NCBI GenBank assembly: GCA_964016885.1
Contig: OZ024758.1
Span: 29,016,001 to 29,080,000, forward strand
Length of the DNA: 64,000 nucleotides
DNA from: Eledone cirrhosa
Taxonomy: Eukaryota
Reading direction: 5' to 3'
The translations under genes and the position numbers were made by a program. Below, piece after piece: positions 38,961-51,786 of the stretch. The first letter of the stretch is position 1. Each line of letters starts with the position of its first letter. A model generated the notes under the pieces. It had not been told where the DNA came from and searched no databases. It saw only the letters and a list, made by a program, of their open reading frames with translations.

Positions 38961-40185
38961 AATTGGACATAGTTAATTTGAGGGCACTGGACAAAATGTT
39001 GTTTAGTGAAGGTTTTTTACATCTTGAGGTCAACTTTACTAAATAAGACATCAATATAATTTATAAGAATGATTTCTTCAAAATAAAATACAACTTGAAT
39101 GGAAAGATAAATGTGTATTATATATACACACACATACACACAAAAGGTTATATGTATCTGATTAATTTAGAGAAGTAACAGTTTTTGTGTGTTATGTAAT
39201 AAGGTTATGACAATTGGGCAAACCCTAACAGTAATAGCTAATTCTTAGCTGACAAGTTGGCTTCACTTCAGAACGAGAAGCATTAATATTCTACTGCACA
39301 ATCTACCACTTAAATCAAATAATTATGTCAAACCACCCGAAGTAATTTTTTTCTAATACTGCTTTATTAAATGGAGCATTCAAACGAAAATATCTGTCGT
39401 CGCTGCATTAGCCAAAAGGCATTTGGTAATGATTGTAAACTTGTCAGTTACAAATGAGTCATTTAAACATTGAAAGAGTATATCCTTCATCATAATTATG
39501 TTTTTAAAGGAGTAAAAATTATATAAATGCAAGAAAAATGGTAGTTCAACTAAGGAAATTGTGATCAGTGACTTATGAATCCCAAAGATAATTGTTTCAA
39601 GGCCAGCAAATACCCCAGTGCATTACTGGTGCTATAATAATTTTCTACTTTTGCCACAAGGCCAGCATTTACCCCAATGCATTATTGGTGCTTTATTTTA
39701 TCGACCCTGTAACGATGAAAGGCAAAGTTAAGTAAGGGATTTGATAACAGAACTAATGGATAGATAAACTAGAGCTTCGACTTATGACAAACTACAAATT
39801 CCATACTCCACATTTATCAATCGGAAAAGTGTACAAAGCCTGCCTGTGTAAAGTATGCGCGTGTTTACTTCTTTGCATTTGATATCTCAAACACAGGCAG
39901 TGATATCTGCTTATGTTCTACATAAACAGAAGTACCATGACTCAGAAGTTAGACATTCCTTTAAAAAAAATAAAGGCTTGCTTTGAGGCAACGCTGCTGC
40001 AAAATCTCTCCAAATCCTCTGGTATCCTTAAAATGGATATCACATAGAAAAGACCTACAACATATGATTTTGTACCCTCCTAAAAGACTGGGCATCTATG
40101 ATTGGAACACTAGTGGAATAATGAAATGTTGACACTGTATAGTTGAGATAGACAATAGAAATACATATGATAAAGCTTGGGAAAT

Positions 40186-40465
40186 CTTCTTCACCCACTA
40201 TTCCTGAGATGGTTGTAGGGGCAGAGTCCTCAAACACTCCCTTCAGCAGGTCCTGTCAGAAGCATCCGTCTCCAATTCATCCGGCTGGATCTCCAAGGAA
40301 GGCCAGCCGAGCTTGTGGATGTTATCCAACCATCTTTGCTCGGGGTGGGTCTAACTGTGGGTCCCCTGCTGGCTGGTTTTGCCCATAAAATCTGTCCAGT
40401 GGTTCTTTCCTAGGACATTCTAACCCCATGCCTATAATATCAGAGCTGTGATCTCTCAATTCTGA
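40186..40465 (-). mobile_element. Inverted diverged copy of the 55155-55440 LINE 3' end
   Basis: Reverse complement aligns by eye (GAGAGATCACAGCTC, GGTTGGATAACATCCA, GACAGGACC, GGAGTGTTTGAGGACTCT). Confidence 0.7.
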
Positions 40466-40597
40466 AATGTTGTTAGAGTTAAAAGAAATGTTACAGATCC
40501 AAACAGTTAGGCCGTTCTGTGGAATCAGTTAAATCGTGGTTTCTAACGATGACAATGGAATGATACAACTAATGTTTGGCTTATATTATGTATGTCG

Positions 40598-40663
40598 TGT
40601 GTGTGGCAGTGTCACAGTGTGTGTGTGTGTGTATCCGTCTCTTAGTGCTTCGTTGTTTGTGTG

Positions 40664-40695
<32 letters not shown>

Positions 40696-40797
40696 GCAGT
40701 GTCACAGTGTGTGTGTGTCCGTCTCTTAGTGCTTCGTTGTTTGTGTGTATATATATATATATGTGTGTATGGCAGTGTCACAGTGTGTGTGTGTGTG
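40598..40797. repeat. Tandem duplication of a roughly 85-bp microsatellite-containing unit
   Basis: GGCAGTGTCACAGTGTGTG occurs three times; CCGTCTCTTAGTGCTTCGTTGTTTG occurs twice. Confidence 0.85.
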
Positions 40798-41518
40798 TGG
40801 TGGATTGGCAGTATCGGTAGAGGGTCGGACGCCATGCTTTCCAGCATAGTTACGTCCCTTTACGATCTGAGTTCAAATCCCGCCGAGGTTGACTTTGCCT
40901 TTCATCCTTACGGGGTCGATAAAATAAAATACCAGTAATGCACTGGGTAGTTGTGCCTAAAGTAGAAACAATTATGTATGTCAAACTGATGAGACAAATG
41001 TGTGAGATTTATTTTAAAACTTTTTCAAAAAGTCTCACTGCTAAAATAGGCTTTTTTGAGTGGATGTACTATATATTACTCATTTCAAGTCTCAACTATT
41101 TCCATGAAAATACATGAAAAACTAGTATGTTACCTACTGAACCTTGAAAACCTCAATTCAATATATATGGTACATTGTTATTGTATGTAAAATGGAGGCG
41201 TGATTTATACACAAATCATCATCATCGTCATCATTGTTTAATGTCCATTTTTCCATGCTACCATGGGTTAGACAAGTTGTCCCATTGTGTGACAAGTCAG
41301 GTTAGATGACTGTATCTTGCTCAAACAAAACTGATTTTGGCTTGGTGGTTTCTATGGCTGAATGCGCTTCCTAACGTCAACCACATTAGTGTGGACTGGG
41401 TGCTTTTTGTCATGACACCTACACAACCACTTTACAAATATATATGGCAATTTAATAATTGTCTTTAATAAAGGTTATTAATTGGTGAGAATATATGAGT
41501 GGTGATGAAGATTGAAGA

Positions 41519-43322
41519 GAAGGGATACTAAACATAGTGAAGGGATACTAAACATAGGGGTACTAGACATAGTGAAAGGCTACTAAACATAGGGATACTA
41601 AACATAGTGAAAGGCTACTAAACATAGGGATACTAAACATAGTGAAGGGATACTAAACATAGTGAAAGGCTACTAAACATAGGGATAGGCTACTAAACAT
41701 AGTGAAAGGCTACAACATAGGGATACTAAACATAGTGAAAGGCTACTAAACATAGTGAAAGGCTACTAAACATAGTGAAAGGTTACTAAACATAGTGAAA
41801 GGCTACTAAACATAGGGATACTAAACATAGTGAAAGGCTACTAAACATAGGGATACTAAACATAGTGAAGGGATACTAAACATAGGGGTACTAGACATAG
41901 TGAAAGGCTACTAAACATAGGGATACTAAACATAGTGAAAGGCTACTAAACATAGGGATACTAAACATAGTGAAGGGATACTAAACATAGTGAAAGGCTA
42001 CTAAACATAGGGATAGGCTACTAAACATAGTGAAAGGCTACTAAACATAGTGAAAGGCTACTAAACATAGGGATACTAAACATAGTGAAGGATACTAAAC
42101 ATAGTGAAAGGCTACTAAACATAGGGATACTAAACATAGTGAAGGATACTAAACATAGTGAAAGGCTACTAAACATAGGGATAGGCTACTAAACATAGTG
42201 AAAGGCTACTAAACATAGTGAAAGGCTACTAAACATAGGGATACTAAACATAGTGAAAGGCTACTAAACATAGGGATAGGCTACTAAACATAGTGAAAGG
42301 CTACTAAACATAGGGATACTAAACATAGTGAAGGGATACTAAACATAGTGAAAGGCTACTAAACATAGTGAAAGGCTACTAAACATAGTGAAAGGTTACT
42401 AAACATAGTGAAAGGCTACTAAACATAGGGATACTAAACATAGTGAAGGGATACTAAACATAGTGAAAGGCTACTAAACATAGGGATAGGCTACTAAACA
42501 TAGTGAAAGGCTACTAAACATAGTGAAAGGCTACTAAACATAGTGAAAGGCTACTAAACATAGGGATAGGCTACTAAACATAGTGAAGGGATACTAAACA
42601 TAGTGAAAGGCTACTAACCATAGGGATACTAAACATAGTGAAAGGCTACTAAACATAGTGAAAGGTTACTAAACATAGTGAAAGGCTACTAAACATAGGG
42701 ATACTAAACATAGTGAAAGGCTACTAAACATAGTGAAAGGTTACTAAACATAGTGAAAGGCTACTAAACATAGGGATACTAAACATAGTGAAAGGCTACT
42801 AAACATAGTGAAAGGTTACTAAACATAGTGAAAGGCTACTAAACATAGGGATACTAAACATAGTGAAAGGCTACTAAACATAGGGATACTAAACATAGTG
42901 AAAGGCTACTAAACATAGTGAAAGGCTACTAAACATAGTGAAAGGCTACTAAACATAGTGAAAGGCTACTAAACATAGGGATAGGCTACTAAACATAGTG
43001 AAGGGATACTAAACATAGTGAAAGGCTACTAACCATAGGGATACTAAACATAGTGAAAGGCTACTAAACATAGTGAAAGGTTACTAAACATAGTGAAAGG
43101 CTACTAAACATAGGGATACTAAACATAGTGAAAGGCTACTAAACATAGTGAAAGGTTACTAAACATAGTGAAAGGCTACTAAACATAGGGATACTAAACA
43201 TAGTGAAAGGCTACTAAACATAGTGAAAGGTTACTAAACATAGTGAAAGGCTACTAAACATAGGGATACTAAACATAGTGAAAGGCTACTAAACATAGGG
43301 ATACTAAACATAGTGAAAGGCT
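41519..43322. repeat. Compound 15/20-bp minisatellite (core TACTAAACATAG)
   Basis: Interspersed TGAAAGGCTACTAAACATAG and GGATACTAAACATAG units plus variants. Confidence 0.97.
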
Positions 43323-45282
43323 GGAGCCTTGTGAAATTTTGAGTGTAGGTATAATTCAGAAAGGCATATAACAGAAATAAAACTGTGAAATAAATATTCT
43401 GTGTTATCAGTTATGGAACATTTCCTAATGATAAAAAGATGAGTCTTATCTAATTCTTCAATGGGATGCTTGTTGTAAAATAATGTCAGTGAATTTCATG
43501 TAGGAGTGCACCAATCCATAACGTGTTAAATTCTACCTGTCTTCTCAGAATTAATGCATTTATTATATAACTCCCCTAATTTGTGTAATATCAAGAATTT
43601 TTAAAGTAAAGAATTCTTCGTGAGAATTTGGCATTGCTTGGACAGTTAGAGATGTTTGTTTATGTCCTACATAAGCATATGACTCGTTGCTCAGTGTTTC
43701 AATGTAGGAAGGAAGTTCAGTGGAACAAGTAACTTACTCTAAAAGAAAAAAGTAAAAGTTGGCATTAGGAAGGGCACCCAACTGTAGAATACTGCCTCAA
43801 AAAGTCTGGTGTAACCCATACCAGTATGTAAAAATACTCTTAAAGGTAAGGAATATGATGATGAATTTGAATGTGTGTGTGTGTGTGGGGGGGGGGTTCT
43901 ATGAGATAAGCTGCCTCCTGACTATAACTGAAATGAAATCAAATGACAGATGAGAGGCCTTTTGATGAAAAGGAGGTTTTAAGGCTATAAATTTCTAGGG
44001 GAACAGCTGATTAATGATGTTTGAAAGGCAGTAAGACTTGTAAAATTAGAAGAACTGTAAGATCTGTCAAGCTAACTCACCAATCAGTTTAAGGTTTAGC
44101 AAGTGCTTCTTATGTCAAACTATATCAAAGATTTTTTGTTTGTAGATTATTGTAATTTATTGTGATTTGTATCAGACTAGTTGGAGACCCAGATAAAGCT
44201 AGTTAAAACTATGAATGAAATATTTTATTATATACTCTGGGCTAACCAAAATTAAGATAAATAAGCAATGCCCACAATTTTTGTCTGCCTTATATTTGTT
44301 TCTCTTTTTTTTTTTTTTATCAAACGTCAAATCCAACATTTTTTATGTTGTGGTAAGCTAAGATTACATTATGTAAACTGTACAGTTACATTTGGGGTGT
44401 AGCATTTCCATATTGAAACAAATACAATCCAAAGACTAAATATTAATTATAGTCCCTTTTGAAGGTTCGTTGACTAGCACCTTTTTTTTTTCTTTTTTGA
44501 CTCCAAAGCAATGAAAACCTTCAAGGTAAAGAAGGTACATACCAAAAAATTGTGAGGTACTTAATCTAGTACTTTAACCCTTTAACATTTACATTACTCT
44601 ATATATACTGTTGTATTTTTGTGGTAAAGGCTTTATTTCACATAATATCGAATCAATGGGATTCTGATATTATTTATTTCGAGAACAATACCTTAACATC
44701 AGTATGAGTCGCCAGTTAGAGCCGATTTGAACAGAAAGGGGTGAGAGAATTCTGGCCGGTTACAACTGGTTTAAATGCTAAAGGGTTAATGTTTCTGCAG
44801 CTCAACAACCTTTAGTATTGAGAAAAGTAAAACTTATCTACAAGCAATAGATTTTCACATTTCGATAAAAAATGAATCTAAACTATAATAAAGTAAGAAG
44901 CGCGGGACTGCGTACGGTTTATAATTTTTTATCCCATTAGTAAAATAAGTTGGATTACTTTGAATAAATAATGAATGAATATTACATAATTTATCTACTA
45001 AATTTTGTGGCTGCTCATTAAATATATTTTATTATTTATTTAAAGATTCACTTCTTTAAAATTTTTAAATGTCAACACTTCCGGTTAGCGATCGCCTAAA
45101 TAAACATTCATATATTTCCGATACTAATTTTCTCCTAATGCAGTTTATATATAATATCGTCTTTTTTTAATGTGTCATGGATTACGTTACTGATTACATA
45201 AGACAGTGTAACACAGTCTTTGTTCAATTTCTGTGTATATTGTCAATTATGATTTTATTTGACGTATCATATCTACATGTAT

Positions 45283-45618
45283 GGAGGCACATGGCTTAGG
45301 GGTTAGAGCAGTGGCCTTGCAATCGAAAGGTTGTGAGTTCAATTCTCAGGCCGGGTGATGTGTTGTTTCCTTGAGCAAGACACTTTATTTCACATTGCTC
45401 CAGTTTACTCAGCTGTAGAAATGAGATGATAGGGACTAGGGTCCATATCATTCCACTGCAAAGTGGTCGTGGAGGTGCCACGACAAAAAAGCACCCAGCA
45501 CTCACTGTAAATGAGGTTGGTGTTAGGAAGGGCATCCAGCTGTAGAAATCAAGCCAGCATCAATTCCCGTCCCACCCTTGCAAGCAGGGAAAAGTGGACG
45601 TAAAATGAAATGATGATG
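45283..45618 (+). mobile_element. Full-length CORE-type SINE with 14-bp TSD
   Basis: TSD ATATCTACATGTAT at 45269-45282 and 45619-45632; A and B boxes, CORE-like domain, RTE-like tail. Confidence 0.92.
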
Positions 45619-46829
45619 ATATCTACATGTATATATACTTGTGTATAATATCAATATACACACTACACATACTGGTTTTTCTGCTAGTTAGTTTAATAGC
45701 CTATAAGGCAGTCAATTGGCAGAGCTGGTATTAAAATACTTTGCAGTATTTGTTGCAGCTCTGAGTTCAAATCTTGATGAGGTCAACTTCACCTTTTATC
45801 CTTCTAGGTACCAAACTTTTCTCAATCATAATTATAATTTAGAAATTTCATTTTGTTTTAAATCTATTGCTTCTAACATTTCATATGTATCATCCTCTTT
45901 ACATCCACTTTCTCTATGCTTACATGGGTGGAATGAAACTTTTTGAGGCAGTTTTTTACATCCGAATGCAATTTCTAGTGCCAAGTCATACTTCATGTAT
46001 GCTGTATAGTGTTGGTGTCTGTAGAACATATTGTTTGTGGAAGACATTAACAAATATTACCACTTGCTTTGTAAATGGGGTCATATGAAGGTGAGTAAAA
46101 CACATACGTGTGCATGCATTACACATATACAATGGTCTTCCTTATAGTTTCCAGTTACCAAATTTACTCACAAGGCATTAGTCGGTCTGGGGCTATTGTA
46201 AAGGACACTTGCCCAAGGTGCCATGAATTGAGCCTGAACCTTAAAGCACATGATACCAAAGCAAACTTCTTAACCACATAACTATGCCTGTATTAAACAC
46301 TTCTTTTAAATGTTGGTGTATCTTTCAATATTTACTTTACGAGTCATATACCAATTTATTCTTCACAGAAGCTTGCACTTAAATTGTTATGGTTTCATAA
46401 CACCACCATTTTTACATCCACTTTAAAATCCAGGTTAAATGTGTCAGTTTCACCATAGCAACTCTCGACTTGTCATAGTTTTCCATCATTTCCTTTGTGG
46501 AGCTCAACATCCTGAGATGAGCTCTCACCACTTCTGCCCACGAGTTCTTTAGGCTTCATCGACTGCATCATTTACCAATTTTTCACCCAACTATAATTCT
46601 TTGTGTGCATCATCTGTCCAATAGTTAGGAACCCTGGATTTCACACATGCAACCTGAGTTTGATTCCCAACATGGAATGCATTAACATTAAGTAGTAGAC
46701 TTAATTTGTTACCCAGTTTAACACCACCACTTGGTCTTTGAGTGCCTTTTAGAAGAGTCTGCTCTGTTTCAAGCATTTGAACCACCTCTCTTGTCTGGAG
46801 GTAATTTCTTTCCATACTCCAACTTGTCT

Positions 46830-47660
46830 TGGAAGTCTTCAAATGACTCACTGGCACTATCCCTCCCCATCTTCTAAGCAGTGAAGAAAAAGAAACACAC
46901 ATCATTGCAATCTGCTGCTCAATTTTTCTCTTAGTGCACTTTTGTATACTCTGTCATTGATACACACTGATATACAATTTAACAGCATACTTGCCTCATT
47001 TCTGCCCAGCCTTCCTTCTCATATCCTCCACTGCAGTACCCATGACTTGCTACCAATATCACACTTCACACACAAGCATTATAGTCTGCCCTTCACTAGA
47101 AGAGAAAAGTCTTTGTTGTTAACAGATATAATAGTTCCCTAAAAGTTCTTACTCAGCTACTCTGCTTTTGCAACACCCACCTACACTGCTGATAAGGTCA
47201 CCTAAGTAACAGAATCTCTCAACAACTTCCTTCTAAGTCTTCTGGGCAACTAAATCTTAATTTCTTTGATGCACTTACTACTAGCTACTTGTATGCATTC
47301 TTACATTTGAAATTCTTATCAGTCAGTCTGCCTGGGACCCTACTGTGTACACATTATTTTCATTGGTTTACACAGTAGAAGGTTTCTACCTACTCCCTTT
47401 CTGCATATCAGGCACAGCCACTTCCTTGTTGGGAGCAGTTTGTTGTTTTCTTTTGTGAAACATTTTTCTGTCAAAGCTTTAGTGCCCTCACACGATACAT
47501 CCAGTGTAGCATGCTCACCTCACCTCATTTCTTAGCAGCCTTTGCATTTCTTCTACATTCTAGGACAATGTTTTGCTAGAATTCAACATTGTATTTCATA
47601 CACAATCTACCTTTCACTCAGAGAGGGAATCCCTTTGTGACTAGCAGCAGTAATACCCAC
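46830..47660 (-). mobile_element. Degenerate RTE LINE fragment(s)
   Basis: Reverse complement resembles the GKW.C..C.KGVGR, YLGD and FSL..KGRL parts of the RTE at 60200-60800. Confidence 0.6.
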
Positions 47661-49844
47661 TTTAAAACATCTTTATTACCATATTCTAATGAAAATAAGC
47701 AAAGAATTTAGTAAAATAACTTCTTTCATTATTAAGCTTATGTTTGGTGCATTTCTTAAAATGTTGTTACATAAAATTATATTAAAAGGTTTTAATATAA
47801 GTATGAACACTTTAAAAGGAGTAGCTTTGTTTCCTAAAACGAAGGGCAATTTTGGGTAGGTTGGTATCTAAAGGATTAAACATTTTCCACCTTTTCTTGC
47901 TCAGCTAATTTTATCAATATTTTGCAAAGTTTCTAATTTTCCTCTTTGATTCTACGATGTAAACTTTCTATATTGGCTGGAATCTACTTGTTCTTTCCTA
48001 TGGACTATAATCTCTAATTTTCTCTTTCTATTCAGTTTTATAGATTTTTCTTACTGTTGAAATTAGAGGTATATAGCTTGTATCTATATTTTTCAGTTAT
48101 CTGTATAGCAATGTTATTTTTATACTGACGCTTAGTCCTCTACCTGTTATCTGCTAGTTTCATATTTTCTACACTAACACTTTTAGTCCCTTCCTTTTTT
48201 TATCTTTTCAGCTGGTCTCTTTCTATCTCTTTTAAATAAACCAAATATCAAAAGAAACATACCATCTGTCTGTGCCATATGTACTCTGCTGTATTGTCCT
48301 TAGCACTCTGCCATGCCCTCCTTTCAACTTCTAACACCCCCCCACCACCACCACCCCAGTTTTTATCCTTTCTCACTCATCACCTACCCAATATCTCTCC
48401 TTTCAGAAGGGTTCTAGTTCCTCCACCCAAGTTGATAGAATATTGCCAAATTGCAATTTCTCTCACTTTCTGAAGATTATACTTCTTTAAACTATCATGG
48501 AAGTAATCCCCCCCCCCCCCCCCACCTCTCACCCCACCTGCCCAGCCATATATTTCCTGCAGATCTACAGATGTTCAAGCGGGAACATTAATCTCACCAC
48601 TCTTTTGGTGGCTCTGCAAAGGTCGTAAAAGAAAAACAAACAAAATTTTTAAAAAGGCTAAATAAAGTAATGTGAAAAGTAACTAGAAAATATCAACACA
48701 TTTGGTGAACACACATATTCTAGTGCCACAGTAAATAAATCTGATCTCTTCTGTCATTGTAATTGACAGTAAGTTTGCTATATAACTTTAAAAGTCCAGT
48801 CAGATCACTAACTAATGTAATACTGAAGTTGTAAAGAGCACTCTGATGGCAGTATATGTCAACAAAATAGTTTGTTTGTTTGGATTAGTTCAAAGTGTAG
48901 GTGCATGACCAAAGAGATTAGTTACTTCACTTCACTTCATTTTTTTTTTTTCTTTCAATCTCTCAAGAGATCTTTCTGAATTGTCTAATGTATTTTTTTC
49001 ATGTATTTAAGTGTTGGTAACTAATAAGTTTTGAATTATTATTACCAATATGTCACAGTTTTATGGCCAAATACTATTTCTTTCATTTAGACAACCATTA
49101 ATTATGATTGATATTTTATATTTATATAAATATAAAAAGGGAACAGGGTACTGATTGCCCCCCAAATAATCTTAACACTAAAAAATCCTACTTAGATTTT
49201 GAACAATGCTATATGATAGAAGAAACTCTATTGGTGAGGATACTTTTTTCAGATGAAAAAAAATGTCCTACTCTTATATTTTTTATGGGCTGTCCCCTTA
49301 GTAATGCAGGAACCTTTATATAAGTTTATCAATATTGGACATACTGTTAGGCATTGTCACTTTGAACGTAGTGTAAAACAATTTAAAGAAACATCTGTCA
49401 CCCTCTCCCCTTCCCCCTTTCTTTCATTACTTAATAACCCTTACCCTTTCCTCCCTTTCTTCTCATTTATAGTTTTTTACAATGTTACTTTCTTTTTCTT
49501 TGATTGATTTCTATTGATGTTTCTTTTGAATATTTCATATATATATTACATAAATTGTATTTATATGATCAAACACCTGGAGTATCTCCTCTGGTTAACA
49601 CTTGAGGGAACTTGATTACTTATTATTAATAGAATGGTAATGATGTAGGCATTGTTTTTAATCCAATCCTATTGACTTAAATAGCAGCATTAAAATTTGA
49701 TTCATAAATTGATTTACTTTAAGTAAATCTCCTTTTTTTTCTTTCAGTCATTAACTAATTATGCTATCAATCAGTGATAATAATTACTGAAAATTATTAC
49801 TTCCAACTTTTTATTCTCTTGAAACTATATCAATTGGTGCTATC

Positions 49845-49963
49845 AATATATGTTTCTTTATTAGCCACAGGGGCACAAAAGAAGAGGACAAATACAAAGG
49901 GGGAAGTTTACATACAATAAAAACGTGTAAAATACTATCACAAATGCAATTTAAAAATTAAGC

Positions 49964-50010
<47 letters not shown>

Positions 50011-50250
50011 CTTCCCCCCAAATAGGGGGAGACATTTCATATGGGTAACACATACCCCCGAAAAATGTGCAACCCTCATCCCCAGGAGTACGAAGAGTTT
50101 GTACCCCTTTCCTCTCTTCCTCTTTTTCCTCAACCTATAGAGAGAAGGCCCATTGACTCGGGCCATTCTCGCCACTTTCATAAAACTTGCTGGGGTGCAG
50201 CACCTCTCTCTCTGCATCCTGACTCTTCTTCCAAAGTGGTATTTGAAAAA
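49845..50250 (-). mobile_element. Shorter copy of the same L1/Tx1-type 3' end
   Basis: Reverse complement matches about 19703-20081 (KVARMARVNGPSLY and the 3' UTR), with an internal poly(A) expansion. Confidence 0.85.
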
Positions 50251-51198
50251 AAGATATAGGCAACGAATTGACTGAGTCGTTAGAACATCAGATAGACGGC
50301 TTTATGGTATTCATTCTGACACTCTGCTCTCTGAGTTCAGATCCTGCCAATGTTAATTTTGCCTTTCATTCTTTCGAGGTCGATAAAAAAAGTACCAGTC
50401 TAGTACTGGGGTCTATTCTTCCTCTATATCTCTTTCTCCTCTCCTCTCTCTCTCTCACTTTTTATCCTTCTCTGGAGGAAATCTGCTGTACTAGGGCCTG
50501 AGAGGGATGGACTCCACCAGGCTTAAAATGCCCAAGAAACGCTGTATGTCAATACAGTGCCCCTATGACTCTATCAGGAGTTACAAGACTATATATATAT
50601 ATATATAGTTTAAAATATGTTTCTAAAAAAGACAAAGCAGTTTCAAGGAATGCTGGTACTAATAAATTTGAGTTTAACCTTTTCATTACCATATTTCTCA
50701 TAAAATACATTGTATTTGAATCAATCAATGAAGAATCTGAAGGGATTTACTAAGACTATTTAAATTATTAAGATGATATTTGTAACAAAACAAAATGTTT
50801 ATAAATATATTGGACGATTTTAATTTTAAGAGGAACCAGATGGTTTTGTTCCATAAAACCAGAGGTGGTTTTAGGCAGGCGACTATTGAAAGTGGTTTTA
50901 GGCTGGTATTGAAAGTGTTGAAAATTACATTCAGTCAATCCAATGTTTAGATTTCAGTCTCAAGCTTTTGCTCAAATATACTTTAGAGCAGTATGCTAAA
51001 GACATCAGGCAATTACCATCAAGAAAGCAATTTTCTAGATTGATACTGTTATAAGCAGGCGATGAATTTGAATTAATTCGCTTGACAGCCGTTGGACATT
51101 ATAGGCTATGGTAAGGCTAGCAAAGTTTTATCTGCAGAATGGTTCACTTCGATACTATTTCGGTTAAAGATTTTAAGGTATTTGTGGTTTATTGTAAA

Positions 51199-51390
51199 AC
51201 TAGCTGAAGTACCCGGCTTTGCCCAGGAGAATAGTTAAGAGAAGATGAATAAAAGAGAAAACGACTATATTGGATGTGTTGCCTGGTATGAGGTGAGACC
51301 GTAATGTGTGTGTGTGTGAGAGAGAGACAAACAAAACAATCAAAACTTCCTTATTAGGCTGGGGGAGGAATAAACTGCCGATTAAATTGT
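51199..51390 (-). mobile_element. Helitron-like 3' end
   Basis: Minus strand: GC hairpin CCTGGGCAAAGCCGGG, about 9 nt, then CTAG-T, the canonical Helitron 3' terminus. 5' extent not determined. Confidence 0.55.
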
Positions 51391-51786
51391 ACGAGCGTAA
51401 TCCCAAAAGTAAGGTCTCCAAAGCGATGGGGACGCAGAGAAACTGTTCGTACAGCTGTTGGCAACACTGTTGTGATTGGTGCTTCCTTCACTCCCAAACA
51501 AGCATGCGTGCGCTTCGCTGGGATGCTCAATCTTGGCTTGGCAGCCATTGAGAATGGAGCTCCCATTGAACGTTACCGCCAAGTGCGAATTTCGCGCAGT
51601 TATTATATAGAGGGCAATCCCAAAAGTAAGGTCTCCTTCCAAGGAAAACATGCGTAAAGATCGGCAGATCTCTCTGGATGCTCTCTGCATTTTGGTTCCT
51701 GAGGTTTCCCGAAGCACCATGCACAGGATTTTAACGGAAAAGTTGCAATATCGGAAGGAGACCTTACTTTTGGGATTGCCCTTGTA
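51390..51786. mobile_element. Mariner-type MITE with two left TIRs and one right TIR
   Basis: Perfect 30-bp inverted repeat 51611-51640 / 51753-51782; extra TACGAGCGTAATCCCAAAAGTAAGGTCTCC at 51390-51419; TA flanks. Confidence 0.7.

Noticed and set aside
40987-41040. CTGATGA hammerhead core (also at about 2639 and 11199 on the - strand)
   Set aside because: No stem II followed by GAAA and no closing stem I.
48240-48640. Possible CR1/Jockey-type LINE 3' remnant (IFPADLQMFK)
   Set aside because: Too degraded to support without an alignment.
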